Assembly (NCBI GenBank): GCA_964035545.1
Contig: OZ037766.1
Coordinates: 31,238,773-31,302,772 of the forward strand
Length of the DNA: 64,000 nt
DNA from: Bugula neritina
Lineage: Eukaryota; Animalia; Bryozoa
Reading direction: 5' to 3'
Shown here in pieces: positions 1-14,000 of the stretch; the stretch's first letter is position 1; every line of letters begins with the position of its first letter. The translations under genes were made by a program, and so were the position numbers. The notes under the pieces were generated by a model. That model ran no database searches. It had not been told where the DNA came from and saw only the letters and a list, made by a program, of their open reading frames with translations.

Positions 1-91
1 GTGCTGGCGGAGGTGAGAGGAATAAATTCCAGCCTACACGAGGACTAAAGTGGGCGACTATAAATAACAAGCGACTTTGCACACAACTCAC

Positions 92-3000
92 GTCAACGTT
101 GAGGAAGTTGGGGAGATGCCTAGCCCACTTTACTATCTGATATAGCCTGTGTTCCGTGAGATGCAGTAGCGAGTCAAATTTATCTTTGTCTCCGGAGGTC
201 ATTCTGTCCACACAGCACGGCTGGGGCTCCGTAGTTGTCTCCTCGTAGTATCCTTCGAGGGCATATATTTCCTGCAGCATAGACTGAGAGTATAGGGTAT
301 AGACTGAGAGTATAGAGTATAGACTGAGAGTATAGAGTATAGACTGAGAGTACAGAGTATAGACTGAGAGCATAGAGTATGTATAGACTGAGAGTATAGA
401 GTATAGACTGAGAGTACAGAGTATAGACTGAGAGTATAGAGTATAGACTGAGAGTATAGAGTATAGACTGAGAGTATAGAGTATAGACCGAGAGTACAGA
501 GTATAGACTGAGAGTATAGGGTATGTATAGACTGAGAGTATAGAGTATAGACTGAGAGTATAGATTATAGACTGAGAGTATAGATTATAGACTGAGAGTG
601 TACAGAATAAGTCTTTTACTGACAAAATTTATGAATTGATAATTTTTCAGAGCAAATAAAAATAATACGAACAGACAGACAGACTAGCCAATGGGGAGTC
701 TGGAACAGAAAGCATGATGTAACTACAGCCTATAGCTCAGTGGTAAACTAAGACCTAGTCTGAAAATCATGAACAGGTGGGGGGAGGGGGTGCTGGCCCG
801 CTTTACAATAACTAGTATAGAATGGTGGCTAGCAATTTAGCCTTAGAACTTCATAGCTCTAGAATTAGAGTTGCAAACCCCTGACTACTTATTGATGGAA
901 CAGTATCTGTGGATGTTTTGTAGGCAGCATATCTGCACAGCAGCTCGCCATATGAAAGGCAGCAAATGAGTGGTAGGCGGTTATTAGCAGAGGCAGCACC
1001 TTGAGATGTACTTGACATGACCTCAAGTGATGTCCTGGGGCTAGGCTGCTGCAGTGAGCCACTTGACCAGCTAATTAAGTGGCCCAGGACAGCTAGATGC
1101 CTGGCTGACAACAGAATCTTAATCTAGCAGCAGTTTGAGGAGTTCTGAGTGTGACCAGGCCAGCTCTCTGTTGGCAGAGTATGGAAGAACTGCCTCTACA
1201 CTTGACACGGTGTAGGAGCTCCCAGACGGGGGGGGGGGAGGGGGGGGGGCTCACAGACTGGGGGGGGGGGGTTTAAAGAAACTGCTCTGGCTGGTTTCAA
1301 GGAACCAACAGACAAAACTACTCTAGACACATGCCTGGGTTCAAGACACTTTAGAGAAATTCTATTAAAAACTCTAAATAAATGAATTCAGTGAAGGCTT
1401 TATATTATGGGTGAGTTTTATTAGTATATCTAATGACAGAGAAGGTCAAACATCTCTGCACTTATGAGAAAATAATATTGACATTTGGTAGTTGTCCACC
1501 CGGCACTAGAGAGATGCACCCGAACACCGTTAGCTCCGGAGACACCCACTACTGTCTTGAAAATAAACAAAATACTGTTCAGGCTGTCATTATGACAGGA
1601 GGACACAAATCCTATCTTGCTTCGCTAATATCTATGTTTCAACACGTGTTGTCTAACCTGAACTGATATTACAAGCCGTGCTATTTGCTGTACAAATCAT
1701 AGAAAGGAAAAGACAAACAGACAAACAGAGAGACAAACAGGCAGACAAGCTATTTGACACTCACCTTAAGCAAGTCGGGTATCTGTGGTTTAGGACGAGG
1801 TAGAGGTGGTTCAGGTGAGAGTGCTGAGTAAGTCTTTGGTTTCTTCACTCCACCACCTGGAGGGTAAGGGTATGGAGGGTATTCGGAGCTCTCGCTGCTT
1901 CTCTTAAATCGACGGTGAATAAACGCTGACGCTCCCTCGTAGTTGCTGCGTCCTCCCCTAGATCGATCTTCCCTGATTCCTGCAAAAGATAGACCACCAT
2001 AAGTGGCGCTATATGACGTCACACTAACCTATAATACTATCGCGGTGCTTACCAGCAGAGTTTGGCACTGTGCCAGAAATATCTCCATAAGTATTATTGT
2101 AATATATAATTTGACCTGGTCATGTTGATATATATGCGCGATACACATCCTGGATGGAGGTTGCCAGGCAGAACTGGTGTACTAGCTGCATACTTATTAT
2201 AATATTTCGTGTGATATCACAGAGTATAACGAAACTTTTTGTGAGGAGAGGAAATCCAGGCAACATTCTGTACGATCAATCATTGCCATTCAGATGATGT
2301 GCAATAAGAATATATACTCTGATCATATCAACACTACTCTTATTGTAAACACAAAGGTTGAGAGCTGGTGATGCCATAGAATCGAAGCACAAAACTAAAT
2401 TGAGGTGTTGTTTACAATTTTAGTTGCCTAGTTACAACAGTGTCATTATAAAGCCAGAGGAATATGTACTTGCAGTAATACATATACTTAGGAAATATGT
2501 ACCCAAAGTGCATATATTTGAAATATGTACCCACAGCACATATATTTGAGATATGTACCCACAGCACATATATTTGAGATACAAAGTATTTGCATAGTAT
2601 TCCTTGCATTACATCATGACTTTACCCAATACAGTGCCACAGGAAATTCTAGGAAATATTTCCATAACAGAAATGTAGTGCTTTCTGCACAAGCATAGGG
2701 AGCTCTACTAATGAGAATGAGTGTCCCAGTTTCTAACCTGGTGATTTTAATTGTTTCAAGTTTGTCTAAAACTGAGAGTTGGTGAAAAGCTGAAAAGTTT
2801 AGATAAATGAAGATTACAGCAAATCTGATCTTGTCAAGAAATTGTTAATCCAGAATTACGATCAGTGCAAGACTTTGATAAGATGGAGGTGTGAACTGAC
2901 ATGCTAACACAATGAGTGTGGAGGGGGAGGACGGGGAGGGGAGGTAGGGGGGATACTCACACAGTTAGCTGAGGATACACAAGGCCTGGTCATTGATGGA

Positions 3001-6000
3001 CAAGGAATTATAAACCTTGAGTTGATCGAGAGAAAAAAAGCCAACAGTTGCATAACTGTATAACCTAAAGGAGAAAGATCAGTGGACAGATGAGAAGTTT
3101 ATAAGTCAAGCTCAAAGGTTATTAACTTGTTTACCTGATAGTGTCAGAAATAGCAAGCCGGATCTCTAGAGTAGACATTGAGTGTGTCAGGAGTGGCAAC
3201 AACCATAAGCAAAACAAATGAGTCTCATGATTTGATACTCAGCTGAGAAGGAATTGTTGATTTGCCTCAGAATATTGGTATTGAAAATATATTTAAATTG
3301 TATTCGAATTTGAATAAATTTTCTTGTCACGGATATGAATTAGAAAATATGAGCCAATGATAGATTGCCAATGAAAAGAATCATAAATATGAATATGTAA
3401 TACAGACTGGACAGATGCACGCTGGTTCTGCTAATACTTGGACTGAAGTCAAAACTAGCATCTGCTGTGTAGTCTAGACTACAAAAATTTCATCATTTTT
3501 TTTACAACATTTAATTCATATTTGTCATAAAAAATGGATGCATGACATAATAGAAAGAGAAAGTTAAATTGCTTGAAATGACGACTTGGTTATTGGTTCA
3601 AGCTCTGTAATCAGAGTCTGGCAGTTATACATGGTGGGATAGAGAGAAATTTTGTTATGACTGTATAGGGTTTACCATTTGAGTGTTATTACTTGGTTGA
3701 TATCTTTTTATTGAAGGCTTTTTCAGATAGTATTGAACAATTTTTGACCTGCATGTGGAATAATTTATACATCTCAATGTTGATGTTGCTGGACAAAGAG
3801 GCCAAATTGTCAGAATAAAACAAGCACTTGTCATTGATAGTCAAATGAGATAATCTGGACAAATCCACTCATGACATCACCAGTAAGGTGCTTGTAACCC
3901 AGGTATCAATTACATAAGCATCATTAAGTCAAAACAGACATTTCCTCTTTACTGCTGTGCAACCTTGGTGCATCACTGAAAGTAGGAGAAATCACTACCA
4001 TAAGCTATTTTTCCCAACTTCATTTACTCTTGGCATATATTTTAACTTTAAAAAAATTGAAGGGCTTTTCAACTAGGATGTTGTTTGCAATTGGCAATGA
4101 AGTTGACAGACAGTTTTGTAGGCTATGTATTAACATCAGTCATTCCAGAGGGACTTTGAATCTAGGAGCTGTACATGCTAGCAGCATAACAGGAAACGAA
4201 CTCTTTGTGTACCTCTCACGCAAGCAGAGCTGCATTGTTCCGACAAATATTGTAAACAACAGGTTGGCGCGTCAAAACTGTGTGGCAGCTTTCCTATATA
4301 CACGATATACATTCCGGTTGTTGGAGAAAAAGCACTATTAGATTAACCAAGCTGGCAAGAGCGTGGAGTTGACCAGAAAGGAATACAGTCATTACATAGC
4401 ATTCACTAAGATATTTTCAAGAAGAGACGGATAATGGAACCAGTAGAGTCCCAATCTATATCGCAGATCGGAAATTTCACAATTAAGCTAATAAAATAGC
4501 GCATTCAGTTTTGGCGAGGAGCAGACAAGATAAAACACTTACAATACTCTGCTGATAGTATTTTTTATAAAAAACCATTTCGCATTTAAAGACCCATTTA
4601 CTGACAACCGCTTGCTTCAAACAATGCAGTTAAAAATTTAATACGCCAAGAACAAGTGATAATTTCAACAGACAATAGAAAACTTGCTTAGATGAACCCA
4701 TTCAATTTCCACTACCATTGTCATAGAAAAAGTGGATTGCAGGAGGACAATTACCTTCGACTCTCATACCAACATCGCAGCATTTCTGGAACCGGCAGGC
4801 TGGGCACTTCTTCCTGTTGTTGAGATTGATCTCGCAGTCCGAGTTTCGCACACATTTGAATTCTTTCTTGTTCTGCACGGTTCTCTTGAAAAATCCCTTG
4901 CAGGACTCGCACGTCTGCACACCGTAGTGGAACCCTGCAGATATACAGATGACAATACAGATTGGAGCAACTCTCTAGAGATGTGACAGAAAGTGGTGGA
5001 ACCATCATGAGTGGCGCCAACTCCAAATGATATCAGAGAAATTCAGATGTCATTTTGCATACACTGAGAACCATCCTCATTGCCCAAAATCTCACCTGTG
5101 ACTACGTCCCCGCATATGGGGCATTCCTTCAGCTGCTCCATACGACCAATTCGAGTGGCCAATAGCCTAATCGTATTGATCATGGTGTTGATGGCAGGAT
5201 CTTGCTTCTCGGTTGCGCCATTTGAGTCTGGAGAGAAGAGCTTACTGTCATGGTAATCAAACACCTCACCTGCAGCAGAAGTGATTTGGTAGACAACCAG
5301 CATGTAAAAAGATCTTTACGCAAGGTACAGTATAAAAATATTCAGTAACTTTTTCCTCTTCATTCAGTTCAGTTACTGTAGTCAGATTAAAAAAACAGTG
5401 TGAGTTTAATGAATTGATAAAAAAGACACAAATGGAAAGGATATTGAAATGGCCAACACCAGGCTGGTCAAAGACTATTAAAAATAGAGATGTAAAGAAA
5501 ATAAGATTTGTAAAGCATTTGAAAGAAAAATATTCCATATTTTGTTCGAAGTTTCGAGTAAGAAGTGTCGAAAACAGTTCAATATTGAGGGGAATTACCA
5601 ACCATGCCCAAAAATGTATATAAAATACAGAACTTGGCTGTTGAAACTCTTTTGCAGACAAGACTAAATGATAGTCTTACAAGCCTTCAGTGCTAACTTG
5701 GCAAGTGACTTTAGAAACACAACTAAACTGTTCCAGCTTTCCATAGCAAAGTTTGATTGGTAAAAATACCTGCGTTTATATCAGTGAGACTGCTAGTGTT
5801 GGCCTGGTTGACCACGTCCTCAAATAAGACTTCACCGTTGGGGCTTTGCATCTGTACAACAATCTTCTTGAGACCAAACTTCTTGCCTGCGCCGGAATTG
5901 GGAGAAGCCATATCGGGACTGTCACCTATTCCTAGAGGGAGGTAAGATCATACGATCATAGAGTTAGATACACATCCACATAGAAGTCGTTGAAAAACTT

Positions 6001-9000
6001 AGCTTCTCCACAGAGCTAGAGAAATTAAATTGTTTTGAGTTGATTTTGAAGTTTAAAAACAGAACATAAAATATGACTAAATACAGGAGCTGGGATATAA
6101 TGCAATACCTCGAGTCAGATTATCTATACCTTACCCTTAATCACAACGACATTGTCAGGGTTCGAAGAGACTGACTGAGACGAATTCGATAGCAGAGGAT
6201 CCCGAGAGTAGACTGGGGGCTGGTGACCGGACTCCTCAAACTTTTCACCACCTAAAACATAAGGCTTTAAAGTTAAAGAGTGTGTCAGAGCATATAGGTT
6301 TACTAGCTATACTTCACAATATTAACTCAATACTGGGTCTCCCAAGTGGCACAATCACTGATGACTGTGATGACTGAGTGACTAATTAACTAAGTCACTG
6401 AGTGATTGAGTCGCTCAGTGATTTAGTAACTCAGTCACTTAGTGACTGAGTTAATTAGTCACTAAGTCACCTAGCACAGTTAACAGCTTAGTAAAGCAAC
6501 CCCTAAAAATGCCAGTTACTCACCTAATCATATTAGTTATCTAGAAGAACTCAACTAAAAGAATTGGTGACTCACTTACTGCTACATAGGAAGATAATCC
6601 AGCTAGTAGTTCTACAAATTCTGAGAACTTTTAGTGAACATATTGATAAAGAGCGTGGTCAACACTCAACCAAGGAGCTAACCTTAATAGACTACTATAG
6701 CAGTATGATTAGCCTTTTATAATTAATATTCATTGTTGGAAGTGAGTGAGCAGTACAGAGTGATGTCAATGACAATGACTTCCAGTGCTTGCACCTAGTA
6801 ACCCCCCTACCATTTCTCTCCCATTACATTCCCCTGAATCAGTAAGTTGTGAATAAACGGTAACCAACCACAAAAATCTATGAGTCCAGCACTTTTCCTA
6901 GTATACTAAAATGTTTAATTAAATCAATTTTAAAATTTATTTCAAAAATTGATATAGAGATTATCAGGAGCTGAGCAAAATTCAATGCATCAGAATTTGA
7001 TAATTTTTAAATAAACCGCATCAGGCTAAGCCAACTCGAGTTTCACTGCCATTGTTTTCACTCCACAAGCTATCAGCACAATTCTTTCATTCATCATTCA
7101 GTCACCAACAAACCACCTTTCCAGTATCACCTGTCTGGCCACATCTAGTAATGGTGTGATGAAAAACAACCTATTAATACTAATTCTGCCTTAAGTTCTA
7201 AGGCTTCCCTCAACCAGGATATAGGCACTCTTGGAATGTTTCCAAGAATGAAACCACAAAGCACTAGCTCCTTGTCTGTGCAATATTTATATAACTTGCC
7301 ATCAACCGTGTTGAAAAATATACAACTTGGCAACCAACCAATCACGTGACACTGGCCAACAGTAGGTGAGCTTTGCTTTGATAGTACTACTACCTGGTGG
7401 CCACACCTTTCAGTCATGTGATTTTCTTCTACCGCTGGTTAAACTGAATGCAAAATGATTTTTAAACTTTCAACAACTAGTCACATTTATTGTGTTTTTC
7501 TGCCAGTTCATTTATTAGGCAGACTTGGAAATGCCACACATGAAGGAAAGACTCCTTGGGGAGCAGCATTTCTAAAGATCAGTGAACTATGATGCTGCCG
7601 CTACAGACACACTGAGCAATGACTTCGGTGTCCTGACTTTACATAACCTAACAGCTGTTATAAGAGTAAAAGTTCTATATAAAGAACATGCCATAACTAC
7701 GTTATTTTGATGTAAAAGAGTCTAAAATCAGACAAGCCATTTACTGTTCAACTGGAGGTTTTTTAAAACAATGCATTGAGTCTTGTAGTAGATTGATTGA
7801 TTGTAATAGTAAATGTGAAGTAGTAGTAGGCTGAGTGATTAGAGAACTGAAGCTGTCACTGTTTGCTTTCACTTTGAATCTTGCCCTGCAAGTTGACAGT
7901 TTCAAATCAGGCAGTAATGAAGTTCTGGTCACCAGGAGTGAACGTGCTAACTTTCAGAGGGTGGAGCTTTCAGGGGGTTAGTGATGGAGTGGAAAACCCC
8001 TCCTGTGACACAGCATTGACCTGAGAGTTAAACTAAACTACAGCTTTCACTCCAGGTTTACCTGGGAGGAATTTAGTGCAGCGCCTTGTACCAACCTCCT
8101 GGAATATTTACGTCAGCTAACCAATCACCTTTATTTGGATTTTTGCCAGTAATTGTGAGAAAAAGGAAATAACAATTTGCATCATAGTTGTTTTCAATGT
8201 AGATGTGACTGATTTAAATGATAGTTTCTTTCTCTACTTGACCACTTGAAAGACCACTTACAGAACAGTGCTTTAGAGCAGCAGCTAATGTTACACCAAA
8301 CTTCGAGCTCAAAGGACTGAAGCTGCTGACACATATCAGGTCCGGGAGAGAGATGCAGACGTGAACTGGAGATGACATTTCACGGAACAAACAGCGGCTG
8401 GGCTCCATACCTTCACCAGCAGCTTGAGGTCAGCATTACTGAGTGATACTGCACCAGACGTTTGATGGGATATTGGTCATTTCTGGCTAGTTATATTCAA
8501 CGTATTCCATCTGCAGAATTTCGGATATCCCAAGAAATTGAATTCGTTGACTCAGCACTTTCTGATGGTCAATGGATGAAAACTGGTACAAACCAGAACA
8601 GTAGCTCCTCTGATTGCATAATGTAACTTATCTCTTACATCACTCTCCATGAACTAGGTTAATGGAAACAGGTCAACTTCAGTAAACAAATACCATCTGC
8701 ATTTTTTTATTGTTTAGGTTGTGGAAAGACAAGTAAACAAGTATGTATTGTGGGTTGATACTCCGTAACTGACAGGTGTAAGGATCCCATTATAAATATA
8801 TCAATCACGTGTAGTACTTGTTCCACTGCCCTCTAGACACAAAGCACTGATAACTGACCTAGATCTAGTTCTACCCTAGTGACGTCATACAACTACTAGT
8901 ACTACGGCCAAACATCAGTAGCCTTTCCCCTTCTTGATCAGTGCTTGGGGAATTTTAGGCATTTGACAAAATCCACATTCTGGGGAGCTACAATCATTAT

Positions 9001-11025
9001 GAGAGGTTTGCTGATAGAATATTTAGACGGAGAAAGCCTAAAGGGGCTTTAAATAGTCTTGGAAGAGTATTTTGATTACAAAAGCAGTAATACAAGAAAA
9101 ACTATGCAGCTGCAAGAATTATTCATCAAACTTTCTGCATTGGCACAATAGAAAAATGTACTTTAAAATTTAATGGATACACTTTAGATTAGTTATGACA
9201 TTTTTTACTTTAAATTGACAAGTTGGCCACAACCTTATCTGTTTTGGCAATTAATGCAGACAAACCCCAAACCCAAATACTTCCATATATTAGCAATACA
9301 GAAACTTTTAGAGCCTAATCTCTGTAGCTAGAAATATCTATCCATCCTACATTCAACTAGAAATGGCGGAAACTACCACTGCAGATAGGTATTAAGTCTT
9401 GGCAGGAGCAGCAGCAGCAGCAACAGCAGCAGCAGTGCTGGTTATCAACGGACTCAAATCACGGAAGACTCAAACAAAATGAATGAATGAAAACAAATCC
9501 ATGGACAAACTGGTTTACACTGGTCAAGGTATGAATTACTGAGTACTCTGTGATAAAAAGGAGGCCTTTATGTCAACAAGTGTTGTCCATCTCAATACAA
9601 TGGCGGGAGGATGCATTGAGAAGGCATGAATGGGCCTGCGGTCAACTAATGCTTACACACCAAATAAAATAGTAAAATTCATAAGCCCTGACCGCAACTA
9701 GCAACTAGAGAAGATTCAAAGCAACATAAATAAACTCAACTAGAAATAATGATTAAGGGTAGTAATTTACTGACCACTAGTAATCAATTCATTATTAATA
9801 GCCAGTGGCTAACTAACCCCAACTGACCAGTTCAAACCACAAAGTCAGGCTTTATCCTCCTAGTAAATAAACTTGTAAAGGAAAACAACAAAGCTGCGGG
9901 ATGAGGGTTATAAAACAGACATATGTATAAGCCTTACTACTTGATAGCTATCCTAACAGAGGGGGGTGTAATGCGGGTTACTACTCACCATTGAGGATTG
10001 CAGGCTCCAGTTTCACGGAGTTTTCTGCTCTGTTCTCCACGTCTGCACGCAGAACACCACCCTGATGACTCAACACTGCTCGTTTCTTCAGAGGAGACCG
10101 AATTCTCTCTACAAAGTAGTATTCAGCAACTTCACAGTGTGAGCTTTCCCCTCTTACTGATGATGAACTGGTCTAGCAGGGAAGTTTATTAAAATACTTG
10201 TCCATGTATAACTGTGGCCTTTATACCAAAAGAGTAAAATAGTTTGAACTTGAGCTAAGTTAACACAAAGTCCTCAAGTATGAAATACACATATAAGAAT
10301 GCTTCTATGAACTTCCAATGCTGGAGCAAACTTCCATATTGGATATTCACAGTGCATGGCAAGTGTATTAGCTCACTGGACATGAAAGTAATTAGCTAAC
10401 TTGTACAATGTAGCAATTCACTTTACTAATACAGAGCCCAGACGAACAATTTTAAGCAAACTTTACTTAAACCAAAGAATTTTATTCTGTTGACCAGAAA
10501 AAAAACTAGTTAGACTAAAACAATAAAACTTGTTGAATGACACGACATGTTGAAGGAAGATGTAGAGGCAAATACAGCTCAGGAAACTGTCACCCAGAAG
10601 CTGGTATTCCACTCATATTCCAGTTACCTGGGGGATAACTCCGGTCTGTCATCTGCCCATTGTAATGCTGAGAGGCCTCAAGTCTACGCTCTTCGTCCAC
10701 TCTCTCTACCAGAACAAATAACAAGAGCTGAAAATTAACAGGACATTATGTTCCAACATCGTAGAGCTTGTAGTGTACTATATCAGCCAGTTAGGATGGT
10801 AAAACACTCGTCCAGTAATAGAAATTCATTTCAACCATCAAGAAACCAGCAAACTGAAAGCTGCTACTAAAACGAGCGAAGAGAGTTGGCTGGAAAGTAG
10901 GAAATATCAACCTACACGGAGATAAGAGAAAAGACTGCCAACTTTCACCACCTACCAGCTGTGAAGGACGGATGGTGCGAGTGTTCTTTATCAGAGGGAG
11001 GTCTCGGTGGCTGCACATTGTTCAT
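92..11025 (-). CDS. Hr39: Nuclear receptor, NR5 family, HR39/NR5B-like (3' part of LBD lies outside the window)
   Basis: Phase-consistent GT-AG exons in transcript order: 11025-10956, 10705-10628, 10108-9989, 6251-6135, 5931-5770, 5269-5096, 4934-4755, 1979-1765, 271-92. C4 zinc fingers [33 protein letters not shown]...CPACRFQKC with the NR5 P-box ESCKG. The C-terminal extension [14 protein letters not shown] resembles HR39 (AIREDRTRGGRSTY) more than FTZ-F1/NR5A (AVRADRMRGGRNKF). LBD helix-3 signature [14 protein letters not shown] in exon 271-92. The N-terminal exons and start codon rest on splice signals and open frame only. Confidence 0.9.
278..600. repeat. Minisatellite, ~16 copies of a 20-bp unit (tagactgagagtatagagta)
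   Basis: Directly visible tandem array that abuts the minus-strand splice acceptor at 272-273. Confidence 0.95.
2460..2582. repeat. Short tandem repeat, ~4 degenerate copies of a ~30-bp unit (atatgtacccacagcacatatatttgag)
   Basis: Visible repeats inside an Hr39 intron. Confidence 0.8.
6371..6469. repeat. Imperfect 41-bp inverted repeat built of (tgac/gtca/tgag) tetramers
   Basis: 6371-6411 matches the reverse complement of 6429-6469 at about 37 of 41 positions. Confidence 0.75.
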
Positions 11026-14000
11026 GTTATGATCTAACATAAAGAACTTAGGCTACACTTTGCTCTAGAACTTTCTTTTTACTACTAGGTTAGCCATTTT
11101 CAGAATCCTGGTCCTGTCAACATTTACCTACAAAATACTGAATAATTAAACGCGACTCCACCCAGATGAAGGACATTCAGTGAACTAGCTGCAAGGTTTA
11201 TGTTGAGCTCAACCCAAATTATCACAAAAATAGCAGTAGCTATACAGCATGCTGCAAATAAACAACTTGAATGTTTCCAGTGTGTAGATTTTCACAACTG
11301 ACTAGACCTAGGAAATGTTATTCATGAAAACAGGTCAAGTCTAAAGGAATGCACTAAACATGTACTGATTCCACTCATATTTTTACTACAATAAATTATT
11401 ATTATTACTTGTATGATGGAAAATAACACAGTGCAATACCGCTGGGGCAGGCAATTAGCCTACTATATCAGACAGTTGAAACTACTAATAATATTACTGG
11501 AAAAGGTTAGATCGGCTGCACTTATGCTGGTATAGGCTACTGAGGAGAGAATAACATCGTGATGACCACTACTGCCCATAGAGGGAGCATTCCGTGCCAC
11601 ATATCATGACCTTATTACCATAAAATGTTAGACTTATGTGAACTAGTGAGTGAACTAACGGGAGGGCAGCAGTACAGCTATGACCTTCAACTTGATGAGC
11701 AATTCTTCCAGTACTAGCCCGGCAGCCATAAACTATCAATCATCATCTACCAGTAAATCTATTAGCTGATTCAGTATATTATATGCTTTGGTTTCATGAT
11801 ATTGGACAGGAAACTAGAATTTCTAATATTACAGCCTACAGCAGCGCAAGTAATTTGAATTCACACAAACTTGGTGACTGTGATAGATTCTACTGAAAAT
11901 CCTTTGGTCTCAAACTCAGCTCAAACTAATGTTGGCCATAATGTCAATTCTTAGGTATGCTTACAATGCAAATTTCCAAGAAAATAATACCACTGACCTG
12001 ACTGAAAGGAATGGGAAAATGATTTGCATGAGGTCTAGAAAAAGAGCATAGTTGGAACAGCTGGGTGCCTTCAGTTGCTACTAGTACTACATGATGAGAC
12101 AGACCAGTTCAATCAATTAGTAGACTGCTAGTACTGGATTGAGTTGACCACAAGACTTACTAAATCCTCATTCTACCTACTAACCTACTAGTAATAAAAT
12201 ATATTCAAAAGTCTATCCTCCACTGACAAGTAACATAAAATATCAAGACAAAGCTCTCAACTGTTATATTCTACAAAATTTTTAAGTGAAACAAACTCAC
12301 AAAATCTGAACAATGAGAAATTTAGAAACTCTTGACACAGTTTTAGGCCTAAATAGCGAGTAATTTAATTCTTTTTAAATGAGTTATTAAAACGTGAACA
12401 TGTAGCTGTAAAAGGAACCGTTTAAATACTTTTCTGTAAACACTGGTGCTAGACAAGTCTATAGTTAAAAAAACAAATAAAATATTAGGATAGTAATTTG
12501 CTGTTTCCACAGTCCAAAATTTTCCAATAGTCCAAAATTTATGTATAGGTCTACTATAAGTGAAAGCCATGACTGCTATTACAGCCTTATATTTTCGGTC
12601 TTAGCAGAGTTACACCTAAACGTTGCTGCTAGCTCTGCCTACCAATAGCTGTGGAGGATGGTTTAAAGCCCAGACTAACAACTTGAGTAAATTAAAGATT
12701 ATTATGCAAAAATAGATATTGAACTTAAAACCTGATTTGATTAGTCCAGTTAGAAACCTAATCAAATAGACCCGTGACTTGGAAAGTGGGAAAAGTCCTT
12801 CACTTTCACATAATTACTATCAAACAGAGTGAGAAAAAGTCTAACACTTTTAAGTTCCACTAATTGTACTATGCAAATCAGCGAGAATATTGCGTTTATG
12901 AACAGATTTTCACGAGACAAATACTTATAGATACAACACACAAATTAACAAACCTAATTATTCATAAAATTGAGAGACGGGAGAAATATTGTCCATAGAA
13001 ATGGTGCAGGTATAAATCAACGAAAGTTAAAAGTGGAATCTCAGCATAATACAGTGAGATACATCCACATATCGATAATTATGATAGAAGTAAAACTGTC
13101 ACTATATATTATTACACAGAAGGTCCTCTGTATCTGCACCACCAACTGTAGCTGCCTTGTGTGGTGGACAAGCCATTCAAGGTGGTTGAGATGGGCAACA
13201 TAGCTGACACAGAAGATATTGCTATGACTATGGTAAAAGCAGCAGCCAAACATTAATTATTTCTAAATAATCAACCAACATTCTTCCTTAGAAACTGGCC
13301 ATCAACATGAACAAAGAATGGTTTCTGGCAAACACTGTGACAAATATTACTATAATTATTTTCATATTTAGTTGACGTGGCTGTCCAACCTAATGAATTC
13401 CATTGTTAGCTGAAAAACGGCAATATACATGCTATTCAGATAACATTGGGTGTCATGGAAAGTTTAAAGCATCAAAATACCAACAACTCCAAAGTCTTCC
13501 GCCATATTTAGCACCAACTTTCATCAACAATGTTTTACTTGAAGAACTTAGTAGGTTGATATAAATGTTTTTTGATCAGCACTAAGTGTTTACGCAAAAT
13601 AACTCTACAAAAGTAGAACATGGAGAATAAATACAGAAACAAAGAATTACCAAACGACCAACTTTCTTCCAGAATGGTCAGTTTTAGACAACAAATAACT
13701 AGTTTAGATTAAATAGGTAATAGAAGTTGAAAAATTTCCTGCCTAACCAAAAAAGTTCTCAATTATTAGTTAGAAATATTTTCACAGTTGCTTTTGTTCT
13801 AGCGGATACCTACGCTACCATTCCCTATTCTAAGACATATCCGCTATTTCAAAATTTAGTCTTTAAAAAGGCTATTATGAAACATGACAAAACCTGTGTG
13901 CAGTTCATTACCTTTTTGATCCAAACAAAACATAAAAAATGGAACATAAACACATTAAAATCAGAGAAGCATATTATAATCAAGTAACAGAATGCCAGTA

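Noticed and set aside
725-765. tRNA A-box-like tagctcagtggta (similar tRNA/SINE-like fragments at ~27580-27680 and ~44415-44478)
   Set aside because: No complete cloverleaf or matched A and B boxes could be built. These are at most decayed SINE heads.
4702-4937. Assignment of the receptor as FTZ-F1/NR5A (SF-1/LRH-1)
   Set aside because: The C-terminal extension [13 protein letters not shown] lacks the NR5A RMRGGRNKFGPMYK signature and fits NR5B/HR39 better.
8411-8510. Minus-strand segment with good acceptor and donor inside the Hr39 intron
   Set aside because: It has stops in the frames compatible with neighbouring exons and no other support. It could only be a non-coding exon.
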